Shown here: piece after piece, positions 1 to 10,457 of the stretch
How the letters are laid out: each line of letters starts with the position of its first letter
Numbering within the stretch: position 1 is the stretch's first letter
Origin: Planctomycetota bacterium
Lineage (GTDB): Bacteria > Planctomycetota > JAJSAM01 > JAJVHW01
NCBI GenBank assembly: GCA_965248445.1
Contig: CBDFJG010000004.1
Coordinates: 640,001-704,000, forward strand
Reading direction: 5' to 3'
DNA length: 64,000 nucleotides
Made by a program: the position numbers and the translations under genes
The notes under the pieces: generated by a model
Seen by the model: the letters and a program-made list of their open reading frames with translations, nothing else
What the model was told of the DNA's origin: nothing
The model's database searches: none

Positions 1-510
1 GCGGAGTGGGCGGCGCGGGAGTCGCACCAAGCCGTGAAGGCGCGGCTCAATTCGGCCGCCGCGGCGCAGAGTTCGCTGCCCAAGTACGACGCCATGCGCG
101 CGGCAGGGCCGGCGGACGTGCCGAACCCGGCGAAGGACCATCAGAACGCGTGGTGCCCCAAGGAGCAGAACGGCGGAGAGGAATGGCTCGAGCTCGCGTA
201 CGACGGCGCCATCGAGGCGACGCACGTCCGCGTGCACCAGGTCTACACTTGGGGAGGCGTGGTGCGCGTCGACGTGATGGACGACCGCGGCCGCTGGCAC
301 ACGGCGTGGGAAGGCGGCGAGGTGCTGGAAGAACAGAGCGTGGCGCAGATCCCGCTCGCGGGGGTTGCTGGCGGCGTCACGCGCGTCAGGGTCGTCATCG
401 ACACGTCGACGACGAACGGCTGGTACGAGATCGACGCCGTCGAACTCGTCGGCCGCGGCGACCGCGCCTGGGCATCCAGCGCCACGGCGAGCAGCACCTG
501 GGGGCAGTGA
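1..510 (+). CDS. 3' end of a protein with a galactose-binding/discoidin-like domain (5' truncated by the window edge)
   Basis: Frame is open from base 1 to TGA 508-510. Motifs GPADVP..NAWCP..EWLELAY..WYEIDAVELVG..WASSATASS. Confidence 0.7.
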   Translation, partial: AEWAARESHQAVKARLNSAAAAQSSLPKYDAMRAAGPADVPNPAKDHQNAWCPKEQNGGEEWLELAYDGAIEATHVRVHQVYTWGGVVRVDVMDDRGRWHTAWEGGEVLEEQSVAQIPLAGVAGGVTRVRVVIDTSTTNGWYEIDAVELVGRGDRAWASSATASSTWGQ

Positions 511-511
511 C

Positions 512-2531
512 ATGCGCATCGAGTTCGGAGTCCTGGCGACGACCATCGTTGGTTGCGTCTTGGCGATTCCGGGGTCGGCCCAGGACACGGCCGCCGCCAC
601 GTACCAGGGGAAAGACGCCGCGGCGTGGGCCGCTGAACTCGTATCGGAGGACGCCGCAGCTCGGCGCAAGGGCGTGTACGGGCTGTGGCAGGTCGGCGTG
701 GCCGCGAAGCCCCACGTGAAGGAGCTCACGATCGCGCTGCGCGACGGCGATGAGTACGTCCGCAAGACCGCCGACCGTGTGCTCGTGCGCTGGGACTGGC
801 AGGTCGCCATCAACACGCTGACGTCGGCCCTCCCCGAGTTGATCGCGGCGCTCGGGGACGAGCGCGCGTCGGTTCGCGCAACCGCCGCGAATCTCGTCTG
901 GCACTGTGGACCAATCCCGAACGTCTCGGGGGGCGAGCCGCCGCCGGACGATCTCGTCCCGGCACTCGTGAAAACCCTCGGAGACGCGGACGGCGCCGTT
1001 CGCGCCAACGCCGCAGCGTCGCTCGCGAACCTGGGTGACAAGGCAAAGGCGGCGTTGCCCGCCCTGCGTACGTCCGTCCGGGACGAGGACGTGAAGGTCC
1101 GGATGTGGAGTGCTCGCGCGCTGAGCTGGATCGCCCCCGACGAAGCTGTGCCATTCTTGATCGAGCTCCTCACCGACGACGACGTGGCCGCGCGCACGTC
1201 CGCCGTCGAAGGGCTGGGCGGCGCGGCACAGGAGCAGCGCGCCGCGGCCATCGCCGGACTGGAGCGCGCGCTCGCCGATGCAGCGGAACCGGTCCGGACC
1301 GCTGCGGCGAACAGCCTCTGGCAGATGAAGGACCCACGCACGCTCACGATGCTCGTGAAGGCGCTCACAGAAGACGACGCTGCGGCGGTGCGCTCCGTGG
1401 CGGCGTACGCCATCGGGGACATCGGTCAGATGGACTCACTGGCAGCCGTCACGAGCGCGCTCGCTGAGGATCCCGACCCCGCCGTGCGATCCGCAGCAGC
1501 CATCGGCATCGGCGGATTCGGCCCCGAAGGCGCGGCGGCGATCCCCGCACTGATCCGCGCACTCGGGAGCAACCAAGCGGCCGTGCGCAGCGGCGCCGCG
1601 AACGCACTCGGACGGTTGGCTGACTACGGCGACCTCGCCGTTCCCGCGCTGATCGCCGCACTCGACGAGGACGATCGCAGTGCGGACCTGATGATCTACT
1701 CGACCCTCGGCCAGATCGCGATGCACGGCACCCCGGACGATCGCATTCTGGTGGCGCTACTCGGGGGCCTGGACCGGACGGGACAGGCGCGCCAGTTCGC
1801 CATTCAGGGAGTTGTCGCGTTCGGCCCACGCGCGTGGGGCGCGGTTCCCCACCTCGTGGACGAGCTGCCGACCATGACCGACATGTTCGATCGGCGCGCC
1901 GTATACAGCGCCCTCCAGAGCATCGGATCGGACGCGGCCGAGGCGCGAGACGCACTTGCGCACGCCGTCCACACGGACGCGGAGAGCCAGATCATGGCCG
2001 CGGGGGCACTTGCGTCCGTGACCGACAGAGACAGAGACGTGACGCTCGCGCTCGGGATCCTGACCACGGCGCTCGACGATGACCGGAACGCTCTCCACGC
2101 GATCGCGACACTCGGCAAGATTGGTGCGCGCGCACGCTCGGCTGTGCCGCGCCTGCGCCAGCAGATACAGCGCGATGAGCGCTCCCGTGTGGCAGCAGCC
2201 GGTGCGCTCCTTCGCATCGAGGGCTCGAACGCACGCGACGCTCTGTGGCTACTCCGCGACGAGGTCGAGAAGAACGGGAGCCGGCAGGCAATAGGACCTG
2301 CTCGGACTGGCTGGAAAATCAGCCTCGGCAGCGGCAACCACGCTGCTGAAGATCGCTGCCGACCCTGCGGCGGACGGGCGCTCGTCAGCTCTCGATGCGC
2401 TGATTCGGATCCGGGCCGAGGGCCCCGAGGTTCGTAGCGTGTACGAGTCTGCGAGGTCGGACGCCAGTCCGTGGATCCGGACGCTCGCCGCACGAGGACT
2501 CAGGAAGCTGCCGGCGGAACGCGAGCGCTGA
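512..2531 (+). CDS. Secreted HEAT/PBS-lyase repeat protein with an apparent +1 frameshift at about 2294
   Basis: ATG 512 starts a signal peptide (MRIEFGVLATTIVGCVLAIPGSA) followed by many 'L.D.D..VR..AA.AL' repeats. After ...RQAI the HEAT-like sequence continues in another frame (DLLGLAGKS...SPWIRTLAARGLRKL) to TGA 2529-2531. Confidence 0.75.
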
Positions 2532-2543
2532 CCGCGACGCCCT

Positions 2544-3029
2544 CTACTGCTTCGGCGTCAGGATCGTGACTCCGCAGGGAGACTCGTCGCGCTGCATCGA
2601 TCCGTCGAACACGAAGTTCGTGATCGAGACGCCGCAGTTCCGGCCGTTCTTGGTGAACGGCAGGATCGCATTCGGCGGCTTCTCGAGCGCGGAGGCGTCG
2701 AGCCTCCATCCGTTCTCGCCCATCCCCGTCTTGAACCACGCAACGACCTCGGGGAACGGCGTGTCGATCGCGTGAAGAATCACGTTGTAGGCGCTGCCAC
2801 CGTCGGTGACGGCGCGGCAGGCCATGTAGTCGGCCAGCGGGACGTCGGACGGGAAGTCGCCGGGGATCGTGCAGTCGTGGTGAATGCCGCCGTCCGCGGA
2901 GATCTCGACGTTCCCGATCACGATCGTCTCGTCTGCATCCTCGGCATCCGGATCCTTGTCGCACCCGGGCACGAGCCCCGCAGCGAGGACACAAAAACCG
3001 GCCAGCCAGATCACGCGCAACACCGTCAT
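2544..3029 (-). CDS. Hypothetical lipoprotein
   Basis: Hydrophobic N-terminus ending in a lipobox-like VPGC, then an acidic segment. RBS-like GGAGG upstream. Confidence 0.7.
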   Translation of the reverse strand: MTVLRVIWLAGFCVLAAGLVPGCDKDPDAEDADETIVIGNVEISADGGIHHDCTIPGDFPSDVPLADYMACRAVTDGGSAYNVILHAIDTPFPEVVAWFKTGMGENGWRLDASALEKPPNAILPFTKNGRNCGVSITNFVFDGSMQRDESPCGVTILTPKQ

Positions 3030-3096
3030 CAGTCACCTCCCCGTCGGAACGCGCGAAGAAGCTAGCAGACGCGCGGCTGGAGGCGGAGACCGCGGG

Positions 3097-3261
3097 TCAC
3101 TCGGAGCCGCGGGGCGGCGCCTCGAGCGCACGGACGATCTGGCGCAGCTCGCGGACCGTGTCCTCGCGGGCACGCATCGAACGCCAGCCGACCACGGCCC
3201 AGAGCACGACGATGGGCGCGAAGATCAGCAGCAACACCAACGACCCGAGTCCTGCAGCCAT
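3097..3261 (-). CDS. Small single-TM membrane protein (54 aa, below the ORF-track cutoff)
   Basis: MAAGLGSLVLLLIFAPIVVLWAVVGWRSMRAREDTVRELRQIVRALEAPPRGSE, preceded by AGGAGAGAGG. Confidence 0.6.
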   Translation of the reverse strand: MAAGLGSLVLLLIFAPIVVLWAVVGWRSMRAREDTVRELRQIVRALEAPPRGSE

Positions 3262-3351
3262 GAACCTCTCCTCCTACGGTCTGTAACTGACGTGCTCTGC
3301 CACCGGTTCAGCACCGATGACGTGCAGCCGGCGACCTGGCGCGGCCGCGGA

Positions 3352-6012
3352 TCATCGCAGCGCGAGCACATCCATGCCGAGGACGGAGACGCCGCCGCCG
3401 TCGCGATCGCGGGAACCGCCGGTCCAGACCGCGCTCCAGAACACGCGCAGAGCCGCCTTCTGACCTCGCTTGCGCTCGAACGGCGCAAGCAGGTCGATCT
3501 CCCGCTTCTCCTTGTCCAGGCGCTCCACGGCGAACGGGCAGCGGGTGAACGGCTCGCCGCTCACGGGGTCGACCAGTATTCCGCGGATCGTCTCCGGGTC
3601 GATGCCGGTGCCCCGGTACTTCAAGCGGACCCGTGCGATGAGGGGACGCCCCGCGGCGAGCGAGTTGGTGTTCAGGGACGCCTGGGCCATGCCGTGAGGG
3701 TGGTTCGGTCCGAACTCGGTCTTCACCTTCCCCGGCCACGGGTGCGAGACGATCTCGAGTGTCTCGCGGTCCAGTTCGCGCGACCGTGCAGGCGGCACAT
3801 CCAGGAGCGCGCCGAGGGCGCGCGCCTCGTGCGTCACATCGCGGTCGGTCGCGCCTGCCAGCGTCCGCCAGAGGTGCGGCCTCGCCGACATGATCTCGTA
3901 CTCGCCGAGCCATCTCGCACACGTCGCGTGCAGTTCCGGCGGTGCCGACGCTGGAGCGTACCGCGTGAGCAGCTCGTCCCGTTGCTTCGTGCTCATGAGG
4001 ACCAGGCTCGCCAGCGCGAAGCCGCGTAGTCCGGCGTTCGCGTCCTCGTCGGCCACGAACAGTTCGAGGCGCGGCAGGGCGCGAGGTTCGCCGAGCCGCG
4101 CGACGTGCGTGAGCGCGTGGAGACGGATCGGCTCGTCGAACGGGTCATCGCCGATGTCGCGCCAACGGTACTCGTCCTCTTCGTCGGGCTTCGGCGGCGG
4201 ACGATTGTCGAGCGCGTCGCCCAGCCATCCGTAGAGGGCGATTTCCGAGAGCACTCTGTGCCATCTTGCGAAGCGAGGCAGCCGCGATTCGACGGGCAGC
4301 CCCGCTATGCCGATGTCCGCCGCTTCGCCGCGGACGCTGATCGAGCGGTGTCCGGTGGCGATGATCTGGAGCCCCGGCTGCATGTCGGGGCGGTGCATCC
4401 CTTCCGGGCTGAGGTGCCACGCCAGCGACTCGAACGCACGGCCGACGTCACGGGTCATGCTGTCCCAGGCCTCGGGATACCGGCCGCCGCGCTGCGCGAA
4501 GATCTCGGCGGTCCACGCCGCGGTGGTGTCTCCGGGACCGGCGGCAGGAACGACGACCCGCGAGTCGCACCGCAGGTACGCATCACGGAATACGCGGTAC
4601 CGCTGGCCGCGCGACTCCAGCGCCCGGCGGAACAGGTGCTCCCCCGCCGCCCGGCGTGCCGCGGCCGGGCGGGTGTAGATCTCCGGCCACGTCTGGAGTC
4701 GCGGGGCCTTGGTCGGGAACCTCGCGACTTCGAAGACCGTCACGTTGTCGATCTCGAGGTCGCATCGGCCCGTCCACCTCACGCGCAACTCGGTCTTCGC
4801 GTCGGCGAGGTTCTCGAACCCGAGGAACACGTCGCTCCATTCGCCGTCGGTGACGTCGCGCGCCAATACAGTGCGCGTCGAGGCGATCGACAGCCCCTTG
4901 TTGTGGCACACGTCGACCACGAGCATCGGCCCCTCGTCAATGATCCCCGTGCAACGCACGCGGTAGCGGGCAAGGAACCGCCCCTCCGGGATGTCGTCGG
5001 TGTACGGCCCGTAGAGAACGTGGCCGGCGCCGTGATCAGACCGGGTTGCGCGCCACGCGTTCTCCGTCGCTACACCGGCGGTGTGCCCCGCGTCCTTGTG
5101 CTCTGCCTCGTAGACGAAGACGCTCTTCGTCATGCGTGTGAGAGCCGCATCGAACTGCTCGGGATCGATCCGGCGCGCGGCCTCCAGCCGTCTCGCGCGG
5201 CCCCACGCGTCCTCCGAGCGCCCGGGTCCGACCGCTGTCTCCCGTCGCAGCAAATACGGGGTGAATTCAGCACCTCGAAGATGCCCCTCGAAGCTCGGTC
5301 CGGCGGCCTCACCCGCCGCCACACGAAGCCACGGGTCCGCCTCCTCCCCAAGCAGACGCACGAGTTCGCGCGCGAGTTCGACGCGCTGGTTGACCTGCAC
5401 CGTCTCGTCGAGAATCAGCTCGCCGAGCAAAGGGATCACTGCGCGGTCGCCGAGCCGCCCAAGTGCCAGCAGTGCGTGGAGGCGATGTGGCTCGATCAGT
5501 CGGCCACGCCAGCCGGACTCGGGGACGTACCGCCCCGCGCCGTCCCAGCCGAGAGCGGCCCAGAGGAACAGGAGATGCGGCCACCGATTGGACTCCGGCA
5601 GCTTCGCGACGTCGACCCGCTTGCGACCGACCAGGCCATCGTGCCGGGGGACTGACGGCCGCGCGCCGCAGAGGTCCTGCACGGCGGCGTGCCACGCGGC
5701 ATCGAGCGGCGTCGCGGCATCGCCGGCGTCCATGCGTTCGAGCAGCCCCTGCGCGACACGCCGCGGGAGCTCCTCCGGATCCTTCGCCCGGCTCGACAAC
5801 TCGGCACGCGCAACGTCACCGAGAGCGAAAAAGTCCTCCCGCAAAACAACGTGGTCGCGGCCGGGCGTCGTGAGCACGATGTCTGCCAGCACGACCGTTG
5901 CGTCGTCGCCGTCTCCGGCGGCAGCGAGCGCCGGCAGCAACGCCAGCGCCCCGCACAGCAGGCTGCTTCTGACCCTGGACACGTCCGCTCTGGCTCCCTC
6001 GCGCCTCTGCAT
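3352..6012 (-). CDS. Large secreted hypothetical protein with HEAT-like helices and a central carbohydrate-binding-like beta domain
   Basis: 886-aa ORF with a signal peptide (LCGALALLPALAAA), helical repeats and a 'HVLYGPYT..IPEGRF.ARYRV' beta module. Confidence 0.65.
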   Translation of the reverse strand: MQRREGARADVSRVRSSLLCGALALLPALAAAGDGDDATVVLADIVLTTPGRDHVVLREDFFALGDVARAELSSRAKDPEELPRRVAQGLLERMDAGDAATPLDAAWHAAVQDLCGARPSVPRHDGLVGRKRVDVAKLPESNRWPHLLFLWAALGWDGAGRYVPESGWRGRLIEPHRLHALLALGRLGDRAVIPLLGELILDETVQVNQRVELARELVRLLGEEADPWLRVAAGEAAGPSFEGHLRGAEFTPYLLRRETAVGPGRSEDAWGRARRLEAARRIDPEQFDAALTRMTKSVFVYEAEHKDAGHTAGVATENAWRATRSDHGAGHVLYGPYTDDIPEGRFLARYRVRCTGIIDEGPMLVVDVCHNKGLSIASTRTVLARDVTDGEWSDVFLGFENLADAKTELRVRWTGRCDLEIDNVTVFEVARFPTKAPRLQTWPEIYTRPAAARRAAGEHLFRRALESRGQRYRVFRDAYLRCDSRVVVPAAGPGDTTAAWTAEIFAQRGGRYPEAWDSMTRDVGRAFESLAWHLSPEGMHRPDMQPGLQIIATGHRSISVRGEAADIGIAGLPVESRLPRFARWHRVLSEIALYGWLGDALDNRPPPKPDEEDEYRWRDIGDDPFDEPIRLHALTHVARLGEPRALPRLELFVADEDANAGLRGFALASLVLMSTKQRDELLTRYAPASAPPELHATCARWLGEYEIMSARPHLWRTLAGATDRDVTHEARALGALLDVPPARSRELDRETLEIVSHPWPGKVKTEFGPNHPHGMAQASLNTNSLAAGRPLIARVRLKYRGTGIDPETIRGILVDPVSGEPFTRCPFAVERLDKEKREIDLLAPFERKRGQKAALRVFWSAVWTGGSRDRDGGGVSVLGMDVLALR

Positions 6013-6074
6013 CGTACCCGCACGGGTGGAACGCGAGCGTCACACGCACGCAACGGGCGAGGGGACGATGGGCT

Positions 6075-8222
6075 TCAGCGGCGCAGGAGCACAGCGCGGG
6101 CGCGGCGACGGTTGCGCTTGATGGCGTACGCGAGCGGGAGTGTCGCCTCGACGGCGGAGTCGTCGATGAGCACGAACACGGTGGCCTCGCGATAGTCCCG
6201 GCGCGGCTGGGCGTCGGGAGTCAGGTCCTCGTCGGCGAGCGAGGCCGCGAGATCCTGCTTCCGGAGCACCAGTTCGAGACGCGCGTCCTGCGCCGGAACG
6301 ATGCCCTTGCTCTTCTTGACGACGAGTCGCACCTTCGAAGATCCGTCGGCGCCCTTGCCTTTGGCGTCGAGCGTGAACGTGCGCACGACGCCGCCGAGAT
6401 AGACGGACAGAGTCCGGCCGGCCGGATCGAAGCCCTCCGGCACCGCGACGAGTGCGCGGAGTGCGGCCTTGTCGCGGCTGCTCTTGGCGAAGTTGAGCGC
6501 GATGCGGGCGCTGCCCGGAACGAGTGTTCCCGTCCCACCGCTCGCGGGTCGCGATCCGCCGTCGTCGAGCTCGGTCCCGAGAGCGATCTCGAGATCGTCC
6601 GGATAGACGTCCGCGTCGGAGTCGATCTTGGCGAATCCGGCACGCGGGCTCGGCTCCACAGACACGGTTACATCGGCGGCGGCCGACTGCCCGACGTCGT
6701 CGAACACGGTGTACGTGAACGCATCCTCTCCGACGAAGTCGCGCGCCGGCCGGTAGTTCACCGTTCCGTCCTCCAGCACGGACGCGCGGCCGTGCAACGG
6801 CGCGGTGGTCACCTTCACGGTGACGAGCCGGTCCGTCGCGCCGGCGTCGTTCGCCAGGACGTCGATCGTGAGCGACGAGTCCTCAGGTAGCACCCGGAAG
6901 TCGGCGACCGGCGTGATCACGGACGCTTCGGCGGTCAGCGCGATCTCCAGCGTGTAGAGCTGCACCCGGTTCGAACCGTCGCCGCGTACACGGACGGTGT
7001 ACGTGCCCGCGCCCTGCAGGAGTCCGACGTCGAACAGCGACTCGGCGCCACCGGCGGGAGTCGTGTCCGAAGATGCGAGCACGGTGCTGCCATCCGTTCC
7101 GAGCAGCGACATGCGCAAGTCGACACGCGTCAGCGCATTGAACACCTGGCTGGGTCCGCAGCCGCTATTCGACTGCGCGCCGTCGGCGTACGAGCTTCCG
7201 ACGGGCGTCAACACGATGTCCGCGCGCGTCCCGGCGGGAGCCTCGAACGAGTAGTAATCCTGGTCATCGCCGTCGTCGATGCTGACGAGGCGCACGGTGC
7301 GCGTCTCGGCATCCGCCGCGCCGAGTGGCGTCGCCCCGCCCACCGAGTCGTTCGGTTCGTGCGTATCGCCATACAGACGCTGGGCCGCGAGGATGTCGTC
7401 GAGCTGCGGTCCGTCGAACGCACTACCCGTGACCGGTTCCATCAGCTTGGTGCCGTTGACCGGACAGACGTGCCCAAAACCGAGGCCGTGACCGGACTCA
7501 TGGGCGACGGTGTTCCGTAGTCGAAGCGAGTTGCTCGACGTGACGTTGTAGTAGCGGTCCGCCGTGTCGATGACCATGTCGCTCGCGTTCGGGAAGAAGT
7601 TGTACGCGAGCGTCCCGCCGTTGCCGTCGATGCGGTGACCACCGATGCGCACGTCGGCGCGTGTACCGCGGATGCCCGCACGGAAGCCGAGGGGGACGGC
7701 GTCATCGGCCGGCTCGTAGACGTACTTGATGCCGCTGACCTCAGACCACCTCTCGAAGATCTTCTCGAACAGCGCCATCCACGCGCTCTCGCTGCCGTAA
7801 ATCCCGGTGAGGAACGCGCGCAGGTTGCTCGGAGCGGATCCCTCACCGCTGAAGCTGTCGATCATCGTGCCGTCGGGCACGATGCCCCACGTCAGTGTGG
7901 TCTTGTCGCCCTGGCTCAGCCCCGTGCCGTTCGTGGCGGTGGTGCTCCAGCGGGCGCCGTCTGCCGCTTGGTATTGCGCAATCGCCGGGCCCTCCGCGAT
8001 AGCGCACTCGACGGACTCGCGGTAGGAGTCCGGCGTGCCCGGGGCGAAGCAGACCGCAATCGGAAGCCGCGCCGGAGCCGCCTCTGCCTGAGCCACTGCC
8101 TGAACCGCCCGGGCCGGTGCCACCGAGTCTCGGGCCCCGTGGGCCGACACGCTCAGGACCACCGCCGCCACGAGGGCGGTCAGGCGATGGCTGCGTGCTC
8201 GCCGCGAGGGCCGACTCCGCAT
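6075..8222 (-). CDS. Matrixin-family (M10) zinc metalloprotease with PPC and Ig-like domains
   Basis: HESGHGLGFGH zinc motif, Met-turn TKLMEP, GTLAYNFFP. PPC-like DDQDYYSF and Ig-like 'IDVLAND...NYRPARDFVGEDAFTYTV' domains. Start codon uncertain. Confidence 0.85.
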   Translation of the reverse strand: MRSRPSRRARSHRLTALVAAVVLSVSAHGARDSVAPARAVQAVAQAEAAPARLPIAVCFAPGTPDSYRESVECAIAEGPAIAQYQAADGARWSTTATNGTGLSQGDKTTLTWGIVPDGTMIDSFSGEGSAPSNLRAFLTGIYGSESAWMALFEKIFERWSEVSGIKYVYEPADDAVPLGFRAGIRGTRADVRIGGHRIDGNGGTLAYNFFPNASDMVIDTADRYYNVTSSNSLRLRNTVAHESGHGLGFGHVCPVNGTKLMEPVTGSAFDGPQLDDILAAQRLYGDTHEPNDSVGGATPLGAADAETRTVRLVSIDDGDDQDYYSFEAPAGTRADIVLTPVGSSYADGAQSNSGCGPSQVFNALTRVDLRMSLLGTDGSTVLASSDTTPAGGAESLFDVGLLQGAGTYTVRVRGDGSNRVQLYTLEIALTAEASVITPVADFRVLPEDSSLTIDVLANDAGATDRLVTVKVTTAPLHGRASVLEDGTVNYRPARDFVGEDAFTYTVFDDVGQSAAADVTVSVEPSPRAGFAKIDSDADVYPDDLEIALGTELDDGGSRPASGGTGTLVPGSARIALNFAKSSRDKAALRALVAVPEGFDPAGRTLSVYLGGVVRTFTLDAKGKGADGSSKVRLVVKKSKGIVPAQDARLELVLRKQDLAASLADEDLTPDAQPRRDYREATVFVLIDDSAVEATLPLAYAIKRNRRRARAVLLRR

Positions 8223-8380
8223 GCGTGGGGTCTCCGGGGTGAGGAGCGGTGGCGGCCACCGCTCGGCTTGGGACGTCTCTCTATCTAATCGGTACTCAGA
8301 GGGTCTTGCGGAAGTGTTACGCACGCCCAGGCTCGGCAAGGGGCCGTAGCCTCGGGCGGAGGAGTCGCGAGGAGCTGATC

Positions 8381-8770
8381 ATGTCCGTGAGACGCCGCCC
8401 CGGGCCCGACCCGGATCTGCTGTTCTGCTCGAACTGCCACGTCTCGATCCCCCGCGGCGAGGTGCAGCGGGATGCCCTCCAACAGTGCCGCGCCGGTGGG
8501 CTGCTGTGCGCGCTGTGCTCCCAGACCTCGCCGGCCCGGAGAGAGGCGCGTCGTGCCGCACTGGAGGCCGAGTTCGCCGACGAGGCGCCGGTCCCGCTCC
8601 CGCTGCCCGAAGAGGGGACAACGACGGACGCCGCGCCCGGATCGCGTGATGGGGAGTTCGACGCCCGCCTGGCGAACCTCGAGCGCGGGAGCTTCTACAT
8701 GAACAAGCGACTCGACGACATCGTGCAGAGGCTCGACAAACTGGCCGGGGGACGCGCCCCCGTAGAGTGA
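8381..8770 (+). CDS. Small protein with two CxxC motifs (putative zinc finger) and a C-terminal coiled coil
   Basis: GAGGAG RBS before ATG 8381. CSNC...CALC, and LANLERGSFYMNKRLDDIVQRLDKL. Confidence 0.65.
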   Translation: MSVRRRPGPDPDLLFCSNCHVSIPRGEVQRDALQQCRAGGLLCALCSQTSPARREARRAALEAEFADEAPVPLPLPEEGTTTDAAPGSRDGEFDARLANLERGSFYMNKRLDDIVQRLDKLAGGRAPVE

Positions 8771-8774
8771 GGGC

Positions 8775-10411
8775 GTGACACGTTCGCTCGCCCTCGGCCT
8801 GGTCGTCGGAGCTGCCGCGGGTCTCGTTGCCGGGTTCGTTGCCGGGCGGATGACCGCGGAGCGTCCATCGCAGAACGCGCACGTCGCCGGCGGTGTGGAG
8901 ACCATGGCGAACCGGGTCGCGGGTCGCGCGCCTGCCCCGCGCGCCGCACGCCTGCGCGTCACCCCGGAAACCGCACGCGGTGGCGCACCGGGCGGGTCGA
9001 TGGTCTCCGCCGCACCTGCCGTCCCGCCTCCGCCTTCCAAGCCGGTCTCGTCCGCCCGACCACCACCCCAGGGACCGCAGTGGGATCAATGGACGGAAGC
9101 GCAGTTCCTCGACGCACTGGAACGAGCGGCCCGCGGCCACCGGATCGAGTACTCGTTCAATGTGATGACGCACCTCCGGCGCCGGTTCCCGAACGCGCGC
9201 GTGTCCCTCGCACTCGCCACCGCCTTGATCGAAGCGGGCGAGCACTTCGACGTGAACCATGCCACGCAGTCGTTCACGGGCAGAGAGCTGCAAATCGCGC
9301 TCGAACGCGCTGCCCGGGGCTCCTCTGAGAATCGCGCCGAATGGGCGTTCGCGCAAACGGCTGCCAGTCACGCCAATGCGCGCGGGCTCTCCGTCGGCGA
9401 CGCGCTGCGGAGCGACCTCCTGTCTCACGACATGCCGTTCGTGCGCACCGCCGGCCTCTCTCTCGCGTACAGCGATCCTGGCGCGCAGCGCGATCGAATC
9501 CGCAGGATGGGGGCGAGCGATCCGGACGTGAGCGTGCGGGCGTATGCGCTGAACGTGCTGATGGACAGCGTGTCGGGGATGGACCCCGAGGCTCCGGGCC
9601 TGTTGCTCGATGCGCTCGCGAACGGGACGTCCGAGCTGCGGATGAGCGTCCTGCACCTGGTGCCGCTGATGGGGCCGGACGCGGCGGACCACGCGCTCCG
9701 GCTCCTCGTGGACGAGGGGTACGCGGCCGGCGGCGAGGAGGTCAGCCCCTCGTCGAGGCGGTGATGATGGGAGGCCTGACCGGCAGGCTCGTCGCCGCGC
9801 ACCCGCCGCGCGAGCTCATCCGGATCATCGCGGATTACATGCCGAGCATCTTCGAGACGGATCCCGCGCTCGGACCCACCTTCGAGCCGCACCTTCCGGC
9901 GATCGCAGCAGCACTGAGCACAGAGTCTCTCGAGGAGTTCTACGGAGACGCCGCACGAATGGGATTCACGTCGTGGGTCGGACGGGAAGCGGCGTCGACG
10001 GATCGCTCGGCATCGCGCCGGCGCCTTGCATTCGCCGCGGCGTGGGACGCTTCGAGCGACGACGACACCCTGGCGCCGTGGTTCGTGGACCTCGCCCGCA
10101 CCGTCCTCTGGGACCGCACGGCGCCGCTCGAGATACAGCGGGAAGCGCTGGAAGCGCTGAGGGGGGACGACCGGACGAGGCCGGAGATCATCACCGATCA
10201 ACTCCGCATCCTGCGCGATCACTCGACGCGCCCGGGACTGCGTCTCTACGTGCTGCAGGCCCTGAGCGAGCAGCTGGGCGATGAGGACTTCGAGGCCCGC
10301 CGCGCGGAGATCGAAACGGCGTTCCGCGACGTCTTCAGGAACGACCCGAGCACCTGGGTGCGCGGCGCGGCGGAGGACCGTCTGCGCGAGGAGTGGCCGG
10401 AGGACGACTAG
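8775..10411 (+). CDS. Membrane-anchored HEAT-repeat protein with an apparent -1 frameshift at about 9749
   Basis: ORF 8775-9764 (N-terminal TM, SDPDVSVRAYAL) joins the frame of ORF 9341-10411 (LVEAVMMGG...DPSTWVRGAAE) if one C is added to the CCCC run at 9746-9749. Confidence 0.65.
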
Positions 10412-10457
10412 GCGACCGTCACTTCGAGGCCGTGTCCGCGCGCGTCTCGACCGGTAG

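Noticed and set aside
508..514. UGA readthrough at the end of the first ORF
   Set aside because: The next gene starts at ATG 512 in a different frame with its own signal peptide, and there is no Cys context.
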